Positions 1 to 10,619 of a stretch of DNA of 64,000 nucleotides are shown here, piece by piece. Numbering within the stretch: position 1 is the stretch's first letter; every line of letters begins with the position of its first letter. The translations under genes and the position numbers were made by a program. The notes under the pieces were generated by a model. The model ran no database searches. It saw nothing but the letters and a program-made list of their open reading frames with translations, and had not been told where the DNA came from. The stretch lies in assembly GCA_965228735.1 (NCBI GenBank), contig OZ245838.1, positions 3,552,001 to 3,616,000 of the forward strand, given 5' to 3'. Origin of the DNA: Planctomycetota bacterium. GTDB lineage: Bacteria; Planctomycetota; UBA1135; UBA2386.

Positions 1-1075
1 CGTCGATGATGCGATGGCTGCGCTCCTGGTAGTCGACGATCGCGTCGACGAGCTTCTTCACCGACTCGGCGCGAATCGTCGGGCCGTACCCGGCCCTGAG
101 CGCGGCCTCCTGGATCTCGGACCCGACCTCACCGAGCGTCTCGAGGCTCTTGTTGATCCCGTCCTTCATCGCCTCGAGCGTCTGCGTGCTCTCGTGCAAG
201 CCGTGCAAACCGGTGAACGACGCCGCCAGCGCGGTGAAGACCGTCTCGTTGGTGCCGAAGAACGTGACCGACTGCGAGTAGACGCGCTCCTTGGCGTCCG
301 TGATCTGCGCGATGCGAGCCATCACGACCTCGGTCGTGCTGTAGGCGATCGACAGGTTCTCGGCGAGGTCCTTCGCGATCTGGTAGCGCTTGTCCTCGTT
401 CTGCACGGCCTGCAGCGCGAGGTCGCGCGTCAGCTCGAGCTGCGCCCGCTGCGCCGCGTCGCCGCCGTCCGCGTTGGCATCGACGAACTGCTGCAGCGCG
501 GCGGCCGCCATCTCGAGCTTGGCCTTCTTGCCGGCGAGCGCGGTCTCGGCCTTCTGCAGCACCTCGAACCCGAGCACCTGCGCCTGCTTCAACGCGGCGC
601 GGAAGTCGCTGTAGGCCTGCAGGATCGTCTGCTCGCGCTGCACCTGCTCGCGCGTGTCCTTGGCCACCTCGAGGTAGGTCGACTTGATCTTCGCGAAGCG
701 CGCCGGGATGTCGCCACGGGTGACCTTCATCCAGATGTTGGACAGCCGCTCGAACGTGTCGATCTTGTTGTCCGCCATCTGGTCGACCATGCGCTTGCTG
801 TCGTCGCGGATCGAATCGAACGCGCTCGTGATCTCGCGGTAGCGCTCACCGATCTTCACGGCCTCGATCTGTTCGCGCACGACCTCGTTGAACAGCGAGG
901 CCTGCGACAGGGTGCGCGCGATCGCCGCCGTGTTCTCGGGATCGAGCGGGCTGACGCGATCGATCAGCGCGACGATCGGCGCGGGCTCGGGCTCGGACTT
1001 GATGAGGCCGAGATGGCGCAGGGCGCCGAGCGCGGTGTCGAGGAACTTGAGAGGGGTCGAGCGGGTTTCGGTCAT
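1..1075 (-). CDS. Conserved helical/coiled-coil hypothetical protein (often labelled 'cell surface protein'); C-terminus runs off the window
   Basis: Not in the ORF track because it has no stop in the window. ATG at 1075 with AGGAGG upstream. My translation is open to the edge: MTETRSTPLKFLDTALGALRHLG...FNEVVREQI...NIWMKVTRGDI...AGYGPTIRAESVKKLVDAIVDYQE. Codon usage matches neighbouring genes. Confidence 0.8.
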   Translation of the reverse strand, partial: MTETRSTPLKFLDTALGALRHLGLIKSEPEPAPIVALIDRVSPLDPENTAAIARTLSQASLFNEVVREQIEAVKIGERYREITSAFDSIRDDSKRMVDQMADNKIDTFERLSNIWMKVTRGDIPARFAKIKSTYLEVAKDTREQVQREQTILQAYSDFRAALKQAQVLGFEVLQKAETALAGKKAKLEMAAAALQQFVDANADGGDAAQRAQLELTRDLALQAVQNEDKRYQIAKDLAENLSIAYSTTEVVMARIAQITDAKERVYSQSVTFFGTNETVFTALAASFTGLHGLHESTQTLEAMKDGINKSLETLGEVGSEIQEAALRAGYGPTIRAESVKKLVDAIVDYQERSHRIID

Positions 1076-1256
1076 GGTCCTCCTGCGGCCAAGCGGAACG
1101 AGAATCGCGCGGCGGGCACGCGTCAAGCTCTGGCTCGGTGCATGTCGGCAAGGAGGGGCCGACCGGGTGCAACGGGTGTGCCCCGGGTTCGCTACCGGCC
1201 AGAGAAGCGGGAAAGAGAGAGTGGCCGAACGCGGGCCCAACCTGTCGCATCACGGT

Positions 1257-4200
1257 ATGGCACTTCCGTCCTCTCGCGCGCTCTGCTGGCTGATCGCCGC
1301 CACCCTTACCCCCGGCGGCACCGGATTCCTGCTCGCCCAACACGACGAAGGCGGGGCCGAGCAGGACGGTCCGATGCGCGTCGTAGCCGCGTCCGACGAC
1401 GCGCAGAAGCAGATCCCGAGCTTCGAGCTCGGCCCCGGGCTCGTCTGTGACGTCGTCGCGGCCGAACCCGACATCTGCAACATCGTGGCGTTCGCGATCG
1501 ACGACCGCGGCCGGCTCTACGCGGCCGAGACGTTTCGCATCAAGGACGGCGTGTTCGACAACCGCAGCTACATGCAGTGGAAGGACCGCGACCTCGCGTG
1601 CCTGACCGTCGCCGACCGGGTGAAGAAGTACGAGGAGTTCCTCGCCGACGATCTCGAGCGGCTCGCGAAGTACAGCGAGCGGGTGCGCATGCTCGTCGAC
1701 ACGGACAAGAACGGCACGTTCGACCGCAGCACCGTGTTTGCCACGGGCTTCAACGCGCTCGCTGATGGCATCGCGTCCGGCGTGTTGCCGGTCGGCGACG
1801 ACGTCTACTTCACGAACATCCCCAAGCTCTGGCGACTGCGCGACACGAACGACGACGGCGTCGCCGACGAACGCGAGGCGCTGCACGACGGCTACGGCGT
1901 GCACACGTCGCTGATCGGTCACGACCTGCACGGCCTCGTGGTCGGCCCGGACCGGCGGCTCTACTTCTCGATCGGCGACCGCGGGTTGCACGTCGAGCAC
2001 GAGGGCAAGACGCACGCCTATCCCCACGAAGGCGCGGTGCTGCGCTGCGAGCTCGACGGCAGCGATCTCGAGGTCGTGCACCGCGGCCTGCGCAACCCGC
2101 AGGAGCTGGCCTTCGACAAGTACGGCGACCTGTTCACGGGCGACAACAACAGCGACGGCGGCGACAAGGCCCGGCTCGTGCAGATCGTGCCCGGCGCCGA
2201 CAGCGGCTGGCGCATCGGCTACCAGTGGCTGAGCGACCGCGGCGCCTGGAACCGCGAGAAGCTCTGGCATCCGCGGCACCCAGAACAGCCCGCCTGGATC
2301 CTGCCGCCGATCAGCAACTTCGCGAACGGTCCGTCGGGCTTCGCCTACGATCCGGGCGTCGGTCTCGACGAACGCTACCGCGACTGCTTCTTCCTCTGCG
2401 ACTTCCGCGGCGGCGCGGCCTACAGCGGGGTCTTCGCCGTTCGGCTCGAGCGCGCGGGTGCCGGCTACGAGCTCGAGTCCGTGAGCAAACCCGTGTGGCG
2501 GGCGCTCGCGACCGACATCGACTTCGGCCCTGACGGCGCGCTCTACTTCAGCGACTGGGTCACGGGCTGGGACAAGACCGGCAAGGGCCGCATCTATCGC
2601 GTGCGCACCCCGCAGATGCGGAACGACATGGCGTTGCGCAACAACGTGCGGCTGCTCGCGAGCGACCTCTTGACGCGCCCCGTCGGCCAGTTGCGCGCGC
2701 TGCTGTCGCACGCCGATCGCCGCATCCGGCAGAAGGCGCAGTTCGCGCTCGTCGACCAGGGTGCGACCGACGTGCTCGCGGCGGTCGCGGCCGACGAACC
2801 CGATCGCATCGCGCGCCTGCACGGCGTCTGGGGCCTCGGCGTTCTCGCGCGCAAGGACCGCGCCGTGCTCGCCAAGGTCGAACCGCTGCTCGACGACGGC
2901 GACAGCGAAGTGCGCGCCGCGGCCGCCCGCGTCGTCGGCGATCTGCGGCACCGCGAGAGCGAGGACAAGCTGAGCAAGCTGCTGGGCGATCCGAGTTCGC
3001 GCGTTCGCCGTGAGGCCGCCCTCGCGCTCGCACGCCTCGGACCCGCCATGGGCAAGACCGGCAAGCAGGCGTTGATCGGCTTGCTGCGGCACAATGCGGA
3101 TCGCGACGCCGTGCTCCGCCATGCCGCCGTGCATGCGCTGTCGCAGATCGACGACGGCGGATTCCTGCACCGCCACATGCGTGACGAGAGCCCCGCCGTC
3201 CAGCTCGGCGTGCTGCTCGCGCTCGCGCGTCGTGGCGACGCCAAGGTCGCGGAGTTCTTGCGGCACGACGACGCGCAGCTGCGGTTCGAAGCGGCGCGCG
3301 CGATCTACGAGACGCCGATCCCCGCAGCGATGCGCGAGCTCGCGCTGCTCGCGGGCGACGACCGCGCCGACTCGGATCGGATCGACTGGCGCGCGCTGAA
3401 CGCCAACCGAGTGATCGGCGACGTCGAGTGCGGCGAACGACTCGTGCACGCGGCCCAACTCGCGGCGCACTCGCGCAAGACGCGCGTCGAGGCCATCGAG
3501 ATTCTCGCCGAATGGAACGCTCCACACGGCCAGGACCGCATCTTCGGCAACTGGCGGCCGTCGGAGCACGCGGACGCCGAGCGCGTCGCGGACACGTTCG
3601 CGGGCTTGCTCCCCGAGCTCCTGCAGGACGACGACGCCGCGATCGCCGCGGCGGCGGCCAAGGCCGCGGGCCAGTTGAAGCTGACCGACACGGCCGCTGC
3701 GCTGGCCGAACTGGTCGCGGCGGACAAGGCCGATGTCGCAGCCCGACTCGCGGCGCTCGACGCGCTGAACGCGATGAACGCGAAGCAGCTGCCGCAGGCC
3801 GTGGAAGGCATCGAGAGCGACGCGCCCGAACGGCTGCGCAAGCGCGCCGTCGAGCTGCTGTCGAAGACCGACCCCGAACGCGCCGTCCCGCTGCTCGCGA
3901 CGCTCGCGAGCAACGCGTCGCTGTCGGAGCGCCAGGCCGCGTTCACGGCGCTCGGCGACCTGCAGCACAGCAGCGCCACCGCCGTTCTGCGCGAATGGCT
4001 CGGCAAGCTCAGCAAGGACGATGACGCGGTGCCGAAGGGCGCGCAGCTCGAACTGCTCACGGCCGCGAAGAAGCACGCCGACGACACGTTGCAGAACACG
4101 CTCGCAGCCATCGAGAAGCGCGCCGCGGCGGCCGGGCCGCTCGGTCCGTGGCAGGTCAGCCTCGAGGGCGGCAACCGGCGCGCCGGGCGCCGCATCTTCT

Positions 4201-4595
4201 TCGACAACGAGGCGACGCGCTGCACGCGCTGCCACAAGCTCGGCGACAACGGCGGCGACGCCGGGCCAGCGCTCGACGCGATCGGCAAGCTTCGCGACCG
4301 TGCGTACCTGCTCGAGGCGCTGATCACGCCGTCCGCGAAGATCGCCGAAGGCTTCGGCTCGACGACCGTCACGATGCACAGCGGCGACATCAAGACGGGC
4401 TTCATCACGCGCGACTCCGGCGGCTCCCTCACGATCGTCGACGTCGACGGCAACGCGACCGACATCACCTGGGACCGCATCAAGAGCCGGGCGTCGAACA
4501 GCGCGAGCGCGATGCCCGCGATGAGCAACGTGCTCGACCGCCGCCAGATCCGCGACCTGATCGAGTTCCTCGCGAACCAGGAGAAGGCCAAGTAG
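1257..4595 (+). CDS. PVC-type heme-binding CxxCH protein (dehydrogenase-like beta-propeller + HEAT repeats + cytochrome c)
   Basis: Signal-like N-terminus; propeller motifs GPDRRLYFSIGDRG and GLRNPQELAFD; HEAT repeats (LDDGDSEVRAAAARVVG); CTRCH heme motif, GPALDAIG and SAMP. Confidence 0.9.
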   Translation: MALPSSRALCWLIAATLTPGGTGFLLAQHDEGGAEQDGPMRVVAASDDAQKQIPSFELGPGLVCDVVAAEPDICNIVAFAIDDRGRLYAAETFRIKDGVFDNRSYMQWKDRDLACLTVADRVKKYEEFLADDLERLAKYSERVRMLVDTDKNGTFDRSTVFATGFNALADGIASGVLPVGDDVYFTNIPKLWRLRDTNDDGVADEREALHDGYGVHTSLIGHDLHGLVVGPDRRLYFSIGDRGLHVEHEGKTHAYPHEGAVLRCELDGSDLEVVHRGLRNPQELAFDKYGDLFTGDNNSDGGDKARLVQIVPGADSGWRIGYQWLSDRGAWNREKLWHPRHPEQPAWILPPISNFANGPSGFAYDPGVGLDERYRDCFFLCDFRGGAAYSGVFAVRLERAGAGYELESVSKPVWRALATDIDFGPDGALYFSDWVTGWDKTGKGRIYRVRTPQMRNDMALRNNVRLLASDLLTRPVGQLRALLSHADRRIRQKAQFALVDQGATDVLAAVAADEPDRIARLHGVWGLGVLARKDRAVLAKVEPLLDDGDSEVRAAAARVVGDLRHRESEDKLSKLLGDPSSRVRREAALALARLGPAMGKTGKQALIGLLRHNADRDAVLRHAAVHALSQIDDGGFLHRHMRDESPAVQLGVLLALARRGDAKVAEFLRHDDAQLRFEAARAIYETPIPAAMRELALLAGDDRADSDRIDWRALNANRVIGDVECGERLVHAAQLAAHSRKTRVEAIEILAEWNAPHGQDRIFGNWRPSEHADAERVADTFAGLLPELLQDDDAAIAAAAAKAAGQLKLTDTAAALAELVAADKADVAARLAALDALNAMNAKQLPQAVEGIESDAPERLRKRAVELLSKTDPERAVPLLATLASNASLSERQAAFTALGDLQHSSATAVLREWLGKLSKDDDAVPKGAQLELLTAAKKHADDTLQNTLAAIEKRAAAAGPLGPWQVSLEGGNRRAGRRIFFDNEATRCTRCHKLGDNGGDAGPALDAIGKLRDRAYLLEALITPSAKIAEGFGSTTVTMHSGDIKTGFITRDSGGSLTIVDVDGNATDITWDRIKSRASNSASAMPAMSNVLDRRQIRDLIEFLANQEKAK

Positions 4596-4693
4596 CCAGG
4601 CCGGCTCCACCAGCACCGTGGGCGGTGAGCGCGACCTCGAAACGTGCTACGATCTACCCCCGGCAGGATCACTACCTCAGTGTGACTTCATCC

Positions 4694-5329
4694 ATGACGG
4701 CTCCATCCAGAATCCCCCGGCTGCAAGCCGGCGACGTGATGACCCGCGTGGAGTTCGAGCGCCGCTACTCGGCGATGCCGAACCTGAAGCACGCCGAACT
4801 CATCGAGGGAGTGGTGTACATGCCGTCACCGGTTCGATACTCGCAGCACGGCAGGCCGCACGCGGTGCTGGCCGGCTGGCTTTCTGACTACGAGCGGGCA
4901 ACGCCGGGGACGGCGTTCGGGATCGAAGCGACGTTCCGGATCGATCTCGACAACGAGGTGCAGCCCGACCTGATGCTGCGGCGCACCGACGAGCGCGCGA
5001 CCTCGCGCATCGACGAGGACTCCTACATCCAGGGCGTACCCGAGCTGCTGATCGAGGTCGCGGCGAGTTCGGTCAGCTACGATCTGCATCAGAAGAAGCG
5101 CGTCTACCGGCGTGCCGGGGTGCAGGAGTACCTGGTGCTGCGCGCCGAGGACGCGGCAGTCGACTGGTTCGTGCTGCGCGACGGCGAGTATCACCCGGAG
5201 GAGCCCGACGTCGCTGGCATCCTGCGGAGCAACGCGTTCCCGGGGCTGTGGCTCGACGTCCCCGCTCTCCTCGCGGGCGATACCGTGCAACTGACCGAGA
5301 CGCTCGCGCGGGGCATCGCCGCCCGCTGA
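4694..5329 (+). CDS. Uma2 family putative restriction endonuclease
   Basis: AELIEGVVYMPSP, QPD, PELLIEVAASS, KKRVYRRAGVQEYLV, FPGLWLD. Confidence 0.9.
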   Translation: MTAPSRIPRLQAGDVMTRVEFERRYSAMPNLKHAELIEGVVYMPSPVRYSQHGRPHAVLAGWLSDYERATPGTAFGIEATFRIDLDNEVQPDLMLRRTDERATSRIDEDSYIQGVPELLIEVAASSVSYDLHQKKRVYRRAGVQEYLVLRAEDAAVDWFVLRDGEYHPEEPDVAGILRSNAFPGLWLDVPALLAGDTVQLTETLARGIAAR

Positions 5330-5392
5330 AGGGCGCCAGCGGAATCGCGTGGGCGTGAGGCGTCACAGGAGGCGCCAGCTGAACAGGCAGTC

Positions 5393-6358
5393 TCAGCCGT
5401 CGGACGCCCGCGCCTTGTCCACCCGGCGCGCCCAGGCTTCCCAGGACGTCGCGCGACCGCCGGTCGGCGGTTTCACGGCACCCAGCTCCGCCGCGAGCTC
5501 GCGCATGAACCCGAGGTAGCCGTTGAGCTCCGTCTGCGCACTCGTCGCGTTCTTCCGCGCGGCCTCGACGAGCTTCTGGATGCGGCGCTGCTCCTGCTGC
5601 TTCCACTTGTCCTTGGTGCCGCGCCAGCGCTTCGGCACCCGGCGCGGCCGCTCGCGCTCCCGCTTCGCGAGGCGGTCCGTCTGCTCCTTTGCCTTCTTCT
5701 CGAGCAGGCGCACCTGCTTCACGGCAACCGCCATGCCCCCGGCGCGCGCGGCGGCCGCCCGGGCGATGCGCTGCCCCTGCTCCCCGGAACCGGCAACCAC
5801 GATCAGCGCCTCGTAGGCCGGCAGCACGCCATCGTCGTCGAAGCTCGTGAGCGTATCGACATAGGCTGCAAGAACGGGCGCCTCGGCCATGCAGCGTTCC
5901 AGCCCCGCCTTCGCAGCCTCTGCCGCCTTCGCCGCCGCATCGATTGCCTTCTTGAACCCCTTCGGATCCTCGAACATGTCCGGCAGATCGACGGGCTCCA
6001 GGCGCGCCGACTCCACGAGCTCGCTCCAGCGCTTCGCATACTCGCGGCTGCCGTCCGTCAGAGCACGCATCGCCTGGCTGCGATCGGGAGCGCGGCCGAC
6101 GAGAGGAATCGCGTGCAGCCGAACATCGACCGAGTCATCGACGAGGCCGACTGCAAGCGCCTTCGTCAGGGCCTCGGCGTCCTGCCGACCGGCCAGCGCC
6201 GCGATCGCATCCAACACCTCGATCTTCTTCGTCGTCGAACTCGCCCGTCGGTAGTCGGACAGCAGGCGCGCGAGCTCGGCCTCCTGAGCCGACAGACTCG
6301 CCAACCCGCCGAGCAACGCGGTCAACGCGGCGAGGGCACGGGAACGCAATTCGAACAT
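5393..6358 (-). CDS. Exported hypothetical protein with HEAT-like repeat and basic coiled coil
   Basis: Signal peptide ending LSA-Q; GLVDDSVDVRLHAIPLVG HEAT-like motif; K/R/Q-rich helix. Confidence 0.65.
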   Translation of the reverse strand: MFELRSRALAALTALLGGLASLSAQEAELARLLSDYRRASSTTKKIEVLDAIAALAGRQDAEALTKALAVGLVDDSVDVRLHAIPLVGRAPDRSQAMRALTDGSREYAKRWSELVESARLEPVDLPDMFEDPKGFKKAIDAAAKAAEAAKAGLERCMAEAPVLAAYVDTLTSFDDDGVLPAYEALIVVAGSGEQGQRIARAAAARAGGMAVAVKQVRLLEKKAKEQTDRLAKRERERPRRVPKRWRGTKDKWKQQEQRRIQKLVEAARKNATSAQTELNGYLGFMRELAAELGAVKPPTGGRATSWEAWARRVDKARASDG

Positions 6359-6416
6359 GGCCGCAGGGTAGCAACCCGCCCGGGGAATCGCCCGACCCGA
6401 GGAGCCTGGGGCGCTC

Positions 6417-7841
6417 CTACGCCAGCAGCTCGCCGCGGACCTTGCCGTGGACGTCGGTCAGGCGGAACGGGCGGCCCTGGAACTTGTAGGTCAGCTGCTC
6501 GTGGTCGAGGCCGAGCTGGTGCAGGATCGTGGCCTGCAGGTCGTGCACGTGGATCGGCGTGTCCGTGATGCGGTAGCCGATGTCGTCGGTCGCGCCGACG
6601 ACCGCGCCGCGCTTGACACCGCCACCTGCCATCAGGATCGAGAAGCAGTGCGGGTGATGATCGCGGCCGAACAGCTTGCTGCCGTTGCGCTTCTCGTTCA
6701 TCGGCGTGCGGCCGAACTCACCGCCCCAGACGACGAGCGTCTCGTCGAGCATCCCGCGCCGGCGCAGGTCGACGATTAGGCCCGCGAGCGCCCGATCGAG
6801 CTCCTTGCTCTTCTTCGGGAACTGCGTCATCAGATCGTCGCGCGGGTTGGTGCCGTGGATGTCCCACCCGGAGTCGAAGAGGTGCACGAAGCGCACGCCA
6901 CGTTCAACGAGTCGGCGCGCGAGCAGGCAGTTGTTCGCGAGTGACGTCTCGCCCGGTTTCGTCCCGTAGAGCTCGTGCACCTCGGGTGGCTCGCTCTCGA
7001 GGTCGACGGCCTCGGGCACCGAACTCTGCATCCGGAACGCGAGCTCGTACTGCGCGATCCGCGTCGCGGTCTCGGGATCGCCGGTGATGGCGAGCCGTTC
7101 GCGGTTGAGGTCGTTGAGGGCCGTGAGGCTGCGCGCACGCCGCGCGCGGTCGTAGCCCTCCGGGTCCTCGAGGTAGAGCACCGGATCGCCGACCGACCGC
7201 AACTCCACGCCCTGGTGCACGGTCGGCGCGAAGCCGGAGCTCCAGAGCGACTTGCCCGCGCTCGGCAGCGTGCCGCCGCTCGTCATCACGACGAACGCGG
7301 GCAGGTCGCGGTTGTCGCTGCCGAGGCCGTACGACACCCAGCTGCCCATCGACGGCCGCCCTGGTCGCGGCGCGCCGGAGAACAGCAGCAGCTCGGCCGG
7401 CGCGTGGTTGAACTCGCCCGTGTGCATCGACCGCACGAGCGTCACGTCGGCCATCTGCTGCGCGAGGTGCGGAAAGTGCTCGCACATCTCGATGCCGTTG
7501 CTCGCCCGGATCCAGCCGTGGCGATGCCCGAGCAGCCGCGGGTGCCCCTTGATGAACGCGAAGCGCTCGCCCGCGAGGAACGAATCGGGACACTTCTCAC
7601 CGTCGAGGCGATCGAGCTCTGGCTTGCGATCGAACATGTCGAGCGTCGGCGGCGCGCCCTCCATGTGCAGGTAGATCACGCTCTTGGCGCGCGCCGGATA
7701 CTGCCGGCGAGTGCCATCGGCGCCGTCGTTCTGCAGCAACGACGCGAGCGCCATGCTGCCGACGGACAACGACGAGTCGCGCAGGAACCAGCGGCGCTGC
7801 AGCCGGCGCAGTGCAGAACGGGAGAGGTCGGCGCCGGTCAT
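6417..7841 (-). CDS. DUF1501 domain protein (Tat-exported, sulfatase-like)
   Basis: RRWFL twin-Arg; AKSVIYLHMEGAP, CLLARRLVERGVRFV, WDIHG, TLVVWGGEFGRTP, GRDHH, HVHDLQATILH, RLTDVHG. Confidence 0.92.
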   Translation of the reverse strand: MTGADLSRSALRRLQRRWFLRDSSLSVGSMALASLLQNDGADGTRRQYPARAKSVIYLHMEGAPPTLDMFDRKPELDRLDGEKCPDSFLAGERFAFIKGHPRLLGHRHGWIRASNGIEMCEHFPHLAQQMADVTLVRSMHTGEFNHAPAELLLFSGAPRPGRPSMGSWVSYGLGSDNRDLPAFVVMTSGGTLPSAGKSLWSSGFAPTVHQGVELRSVGDPVLYLEDPEGYDRARRARSLTALNDLNRERLAITGDPETATRIAQYELAFRMQSSVPEAVDLESEPPEVHELYGTKPGETSLANNCLLARRLVERGVRFVHLFDSGWDIHGTNPRDDLMTQFPKKSKELDRALAGLIVDLRRRGMLDETLVVWGGEFGRTPMNEKRNGSKLFGRDHHPHCFSILMAGGGVKRGAVVGATDDIGYRITDTPIHVHDLQATILHQLGLDHEQLTYKFQGRPFRLTDVHGKVRGELLA

Positions 7842-10348
7842 CGCTTGGTCACGAACTCGTCGAGGTTCATCACGACGCTGGCCAGGACGTTCCAGCACAG
7901 CGTCTCGTCCGCGCCCTGGGTGCGCTCCGCCACCGCGAGCGCGAGCAACCGCCGCAGCTCACTGTCCGTCGGTTCGCGCAGCAGGCACTGCCGCCACAAC
8001 CACCGCACCCGGTCCGCCCCACCTTCGGGCACCGCCTCGCGCGCGCGCGCTGCAAGGGCGACCGCGGCCTCGTGGAACTGCGGGTCGTTCCACATCACGA
8101 GCGCCTGCAGCGGCGTGTTGGTGCGTTGCCGGCGCAACACGCAGAACTCCCGCGTCTGCGCGTCGAGCAACATCATCGCCGGGTGCGGACTCAACCGCCG
8201 CCAGAACGTGTAGAGCGATCGGCGATACCGGTCTTCGTCCGTCGCCGTCTGCCACTTCGCGCCGCTGTAGATCTGCTGCCAGACGCCGTCGGGTTGCGGC
8301 GGCATCACGCTCGGGCCGAAGCGCTTCCGGCTCAGCAACCCGCTGACCGCGAGCGCCTGATCGCGCAACAGCTCGCCGTTGAGCCGGAACGCCGGGCCGC
8401 GCGCGAGCCACACGTTCTCCGGGTCCTGCTCCTGCTGCGTCGTCGAACGGTCCGAACTGCGGCCGTACGTCTCTGACAGCACGATCGTCCGCAGCAGTCG
8501 CTTGAGCGACCAATCGACACGGACGAACTCGTCTCCCAGCCAGTCGAGCAGTTCGGGATGCGAACAGGGCTCGCCCTGACTGCCGAAGTCCTCGAGCGTC
8601 GGCACGAGACCGCGACCGAACAGCTCCGCCCAGATGCGATTGGCGACCACCTTGGCCGTGCGCGGGTTGTCGGGCGACAACAGCCAGCGCGCGAAGCCGA
8701 GTCGGTTCTTCGGCAGTTCATCGGCCATCGGTGGCCAGCACGCGGGCGTGTGCGGCTCGACCTCTTCGCCCGGCGTGAGGAAGCTGCCGCGCAGCAGCAG
8801 CCGCGTCGTGCGCTGCTCGTCGGCCGGCAGCTCCTGCATCACGGGCACGGCCGGGCCACGCGTGTCGGCGAGCTCGCGCTCGGCGGCCGCGATCCGCGCG
8901 CGCACCGCATCGAACTCGGGCGCGAGCTCGACGACACGATCCCGCAAGGCGGCGAGCGCCGCCGCCGACGCTTCGGATTCACTCGCGAGCCGTCGCTCGA
9001 GTTCAGAACCGAGGCGCGTCGCGCGCAGGTCGAAGTAGAACCCGCCCGGACCGCCGCCGTTGCTGACCTTGAGCAACAGCTCGTTGCGACCGGGCCGCAG
9101 GTCGACCTCGACCAGCTCCTGGTCCGCCCGCGCACCGCGCGCCACGCGGTTGTCGAGCACGGACTCGCCGTTCCACCACACCTTGATCGCGTCGTCGCTG
9201 CCGAGCGACAGGACCGCGGTCGCGGCCTGCTTAGCCGTCAGCGTCCGATGCAGATAGAACGCGCTCTCGTTGCCCTGCCAGGTGTGCACCTTGCCGTCGA
9301 CGAGGTCGGGGCGTGCCTGCCAGCGCGTGCCATCCTGCACGTCGTCGAGCCGAACGCCGTCCCGCTCCGCGGCGAACTCCGTCGCATGCGCGGCGTCGAA
9401 CGACGCCGCCTTCACCGGACCGAGCAGATGCCAGTCCGATGACTCGACGTCGGCCGCCGCAAGACGAACGATCGCGGCCCGCAGCCCCGCGGCCATGCGC
9501 TCGACGCGGACATCGTCCACCACGAGCGTCGCGCGCAGTTCCGCGATCTCGGCCTCGAGTTCCTGCGCGCGCTCACGCTCCGCTGCGCTCGCCACGTTCA
9601 GCAGCGGAGCGTCGTTGCCTTTGTCCGAGTCCCCGGTCTGGTTGAAGAACGCGTAGATCCCGAAGAACTCGCGCTGCGAGATCGGGTCGTACTTGTGATC
9701 GTGACACTGCGCACAGCCGACCGTCGCGCCCATCCACACCGACATCGTCGTGTCGACCCGGTCGATCACCGCGGCCGTCCGGAACTCCTCATCGTCGGTG
9801 CCGCCCTCGGTGTTCGTCATCGTGTTGCGATGGAACGCCGTCGCGAGCTGCTGCTCGACCGTCGCGTTCGGCAACAGGTCGCCGGCGAGCTGCGTGATCG
9901 AGAACTCGTCGAACGGCAGGTCGCGCTGCAGCGCGTCGATCACCCAATCGCGATAGCGCCACATGGTTCGGCGCAACCCGTCCTTCTCGTAGCCCTGCGA
10001 GTCCGCGTAACGGGCGAGGTCGAGCCACCACGTGGCCCACCGTTCGCCGTAGGCCGGATCAGCGAGCAGCCGATCGACGACGCGACCGCGGGCGCCCGGC
10101 CGATCGTCGGCGAGGAACGCATCGAGTTGCGCCGGCGTCGGCGGCAGGCCGATCAGGTCGAGGCTGACCCGCCGAAGCCAGGTTCCCGGATCGGCCGCGC
10201 CGTTGGCCGAGAGGCCGCGACGAGTCAGCTCCAGCTGCACGAGCTCGTCGATCGCCCCGCCACTGTTTTGCGCTCGAGCGCAACCCAGCGGCAGCGCCGC
10301 GACGAAGGCGGCGAGCAGGACGGTAGAACGCGCAACGGAACGGGGCAC
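7838..10348 (-). CDS. DUF1549/DUF1553 (PSCyt2/PSD1) protein with CxxCH and an inserted PA14-like domain
   Basis: LRRVSLDLIGLPP, YGERWATWWLDLARYAD, CAQCHDHKYDP, VANRIWAELFGRGLV, HPELLDWL, TNTPLQAL; LGSDDAIKVWWNG insert. GTG start is approximate. Confidence 0.9.
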   Translation of the reverse strand: MPRSVARSTVLLAAFVAALPLGCARAQNSGGAIDELVQLELTRRGLSANGAADPGTWLRRVSLDLIGLPPTPAQLDAFLADDRPGARGRVVDRLLADPAYGERWATWWLDLARYADSQGYEKDGLRRTMWRYRDWVIDALQRDLPFDEFSITQLAGDLLPNATVEQQLATAFHRNTMTNTEGGTDDEEFRTAAVIDRVDTTMSVWMGATVGCAQCHDHKYDPISQREFFGIYAFFNQTGDSDKGNDAPLLNVASAAERERAQELEAEIAELRATLVVDDVRVERMAAGLRAAIVRLAAADVESSDWHLLGPVKAASFDAAHATEFAAERDGVRLDDVQDGTRWQARPDLVDGKVHTWQGNESAFYLHRTLTAKQAATAVLSLGSDDAIKVWWNGESVLDNRVARGARADQELVEVDLRPGRNELLLKVSNGGGPGGFYFDLRATRLGSELERRLASESEASAAALAALRDRVVELAPEFDAVRARIAAAERELADTRGPAVPVMQELPADEQRTTRLLLRGSFLTPGEEVEPHTPACWPPMADELPKNRLGFARWLLSPDNPRTAKVVANRIWAELFGRGLVPTLEDFGSQGEPCSHPELLDWLGDEFVRVDWSLKRLLRTIVLSETYGRSSDRSTTQQEQDPENVWLARGPAFRLNGELLRDQALAVSGLLSRKRFGPSVMPPQPDGVWQQIYSGAKWQTATDEDRYRRSLYTFWRRLSPHPAMMLLDAQTREFCVLRRQRTNTPLQALVMWNDPQFHEAAVALAARAREAVPEGGADRVRWLWRQCLLREPTDSELRRLLALAVAERTQGADETLCWNVLASVVMNLDEFVTKR

Positions 10349-10496
10349 GCGAGCATTGTGCCCGACTCGTTCGGCGCAGCAACGGGGCGCCGCGCCAACC
10401 CTGAATTCGATGCGGGCCCGCCGGGCCGAACACGCATTCCAGCTGGTGCTTTGAGTGTGCATGGCCCCTCAAGCCATACGGCGACGTCGGACTTCG

Positions 10497-10530
10497 ATCA
10501 TAAATAGATGAAGGGAAATAAGTTGAGACC
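10497..10530. promoter_or_regulatory. AT-rich divergent promoter region between the DUF1553 gene and the T6SS operon
   Basis: atcataaatagatgaagggaaataagttga is a strongly AT-rich island in the divergent intergenic gap. Confidence 0.4.
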
Positions 10531-10619
10531 CACTTGCCCCGAACGCGCCAAAACGGCGATTGCGGTGTCGGGTCGGCCGCGTTCCTGACGGCTCCTCGTC
10601 GCCGCCACTCGCCTCTCGC

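Noticed and set aside
14..1450. 478-aa + strand ORF
   Set aside because: Antisense shadow of the minus-strand gene at 1-1075; L/R/V-rich with no motifs.
846..4616. 1256-aa minus-strand ORF and other long antisense ORFs (14981-17971, 25984-28848, 32569-35559, 46440-48764, 50017-52302)
   Set aside because: They mirror well-supported genes; strong GC3 bias removes stop codons from the antisense frame.
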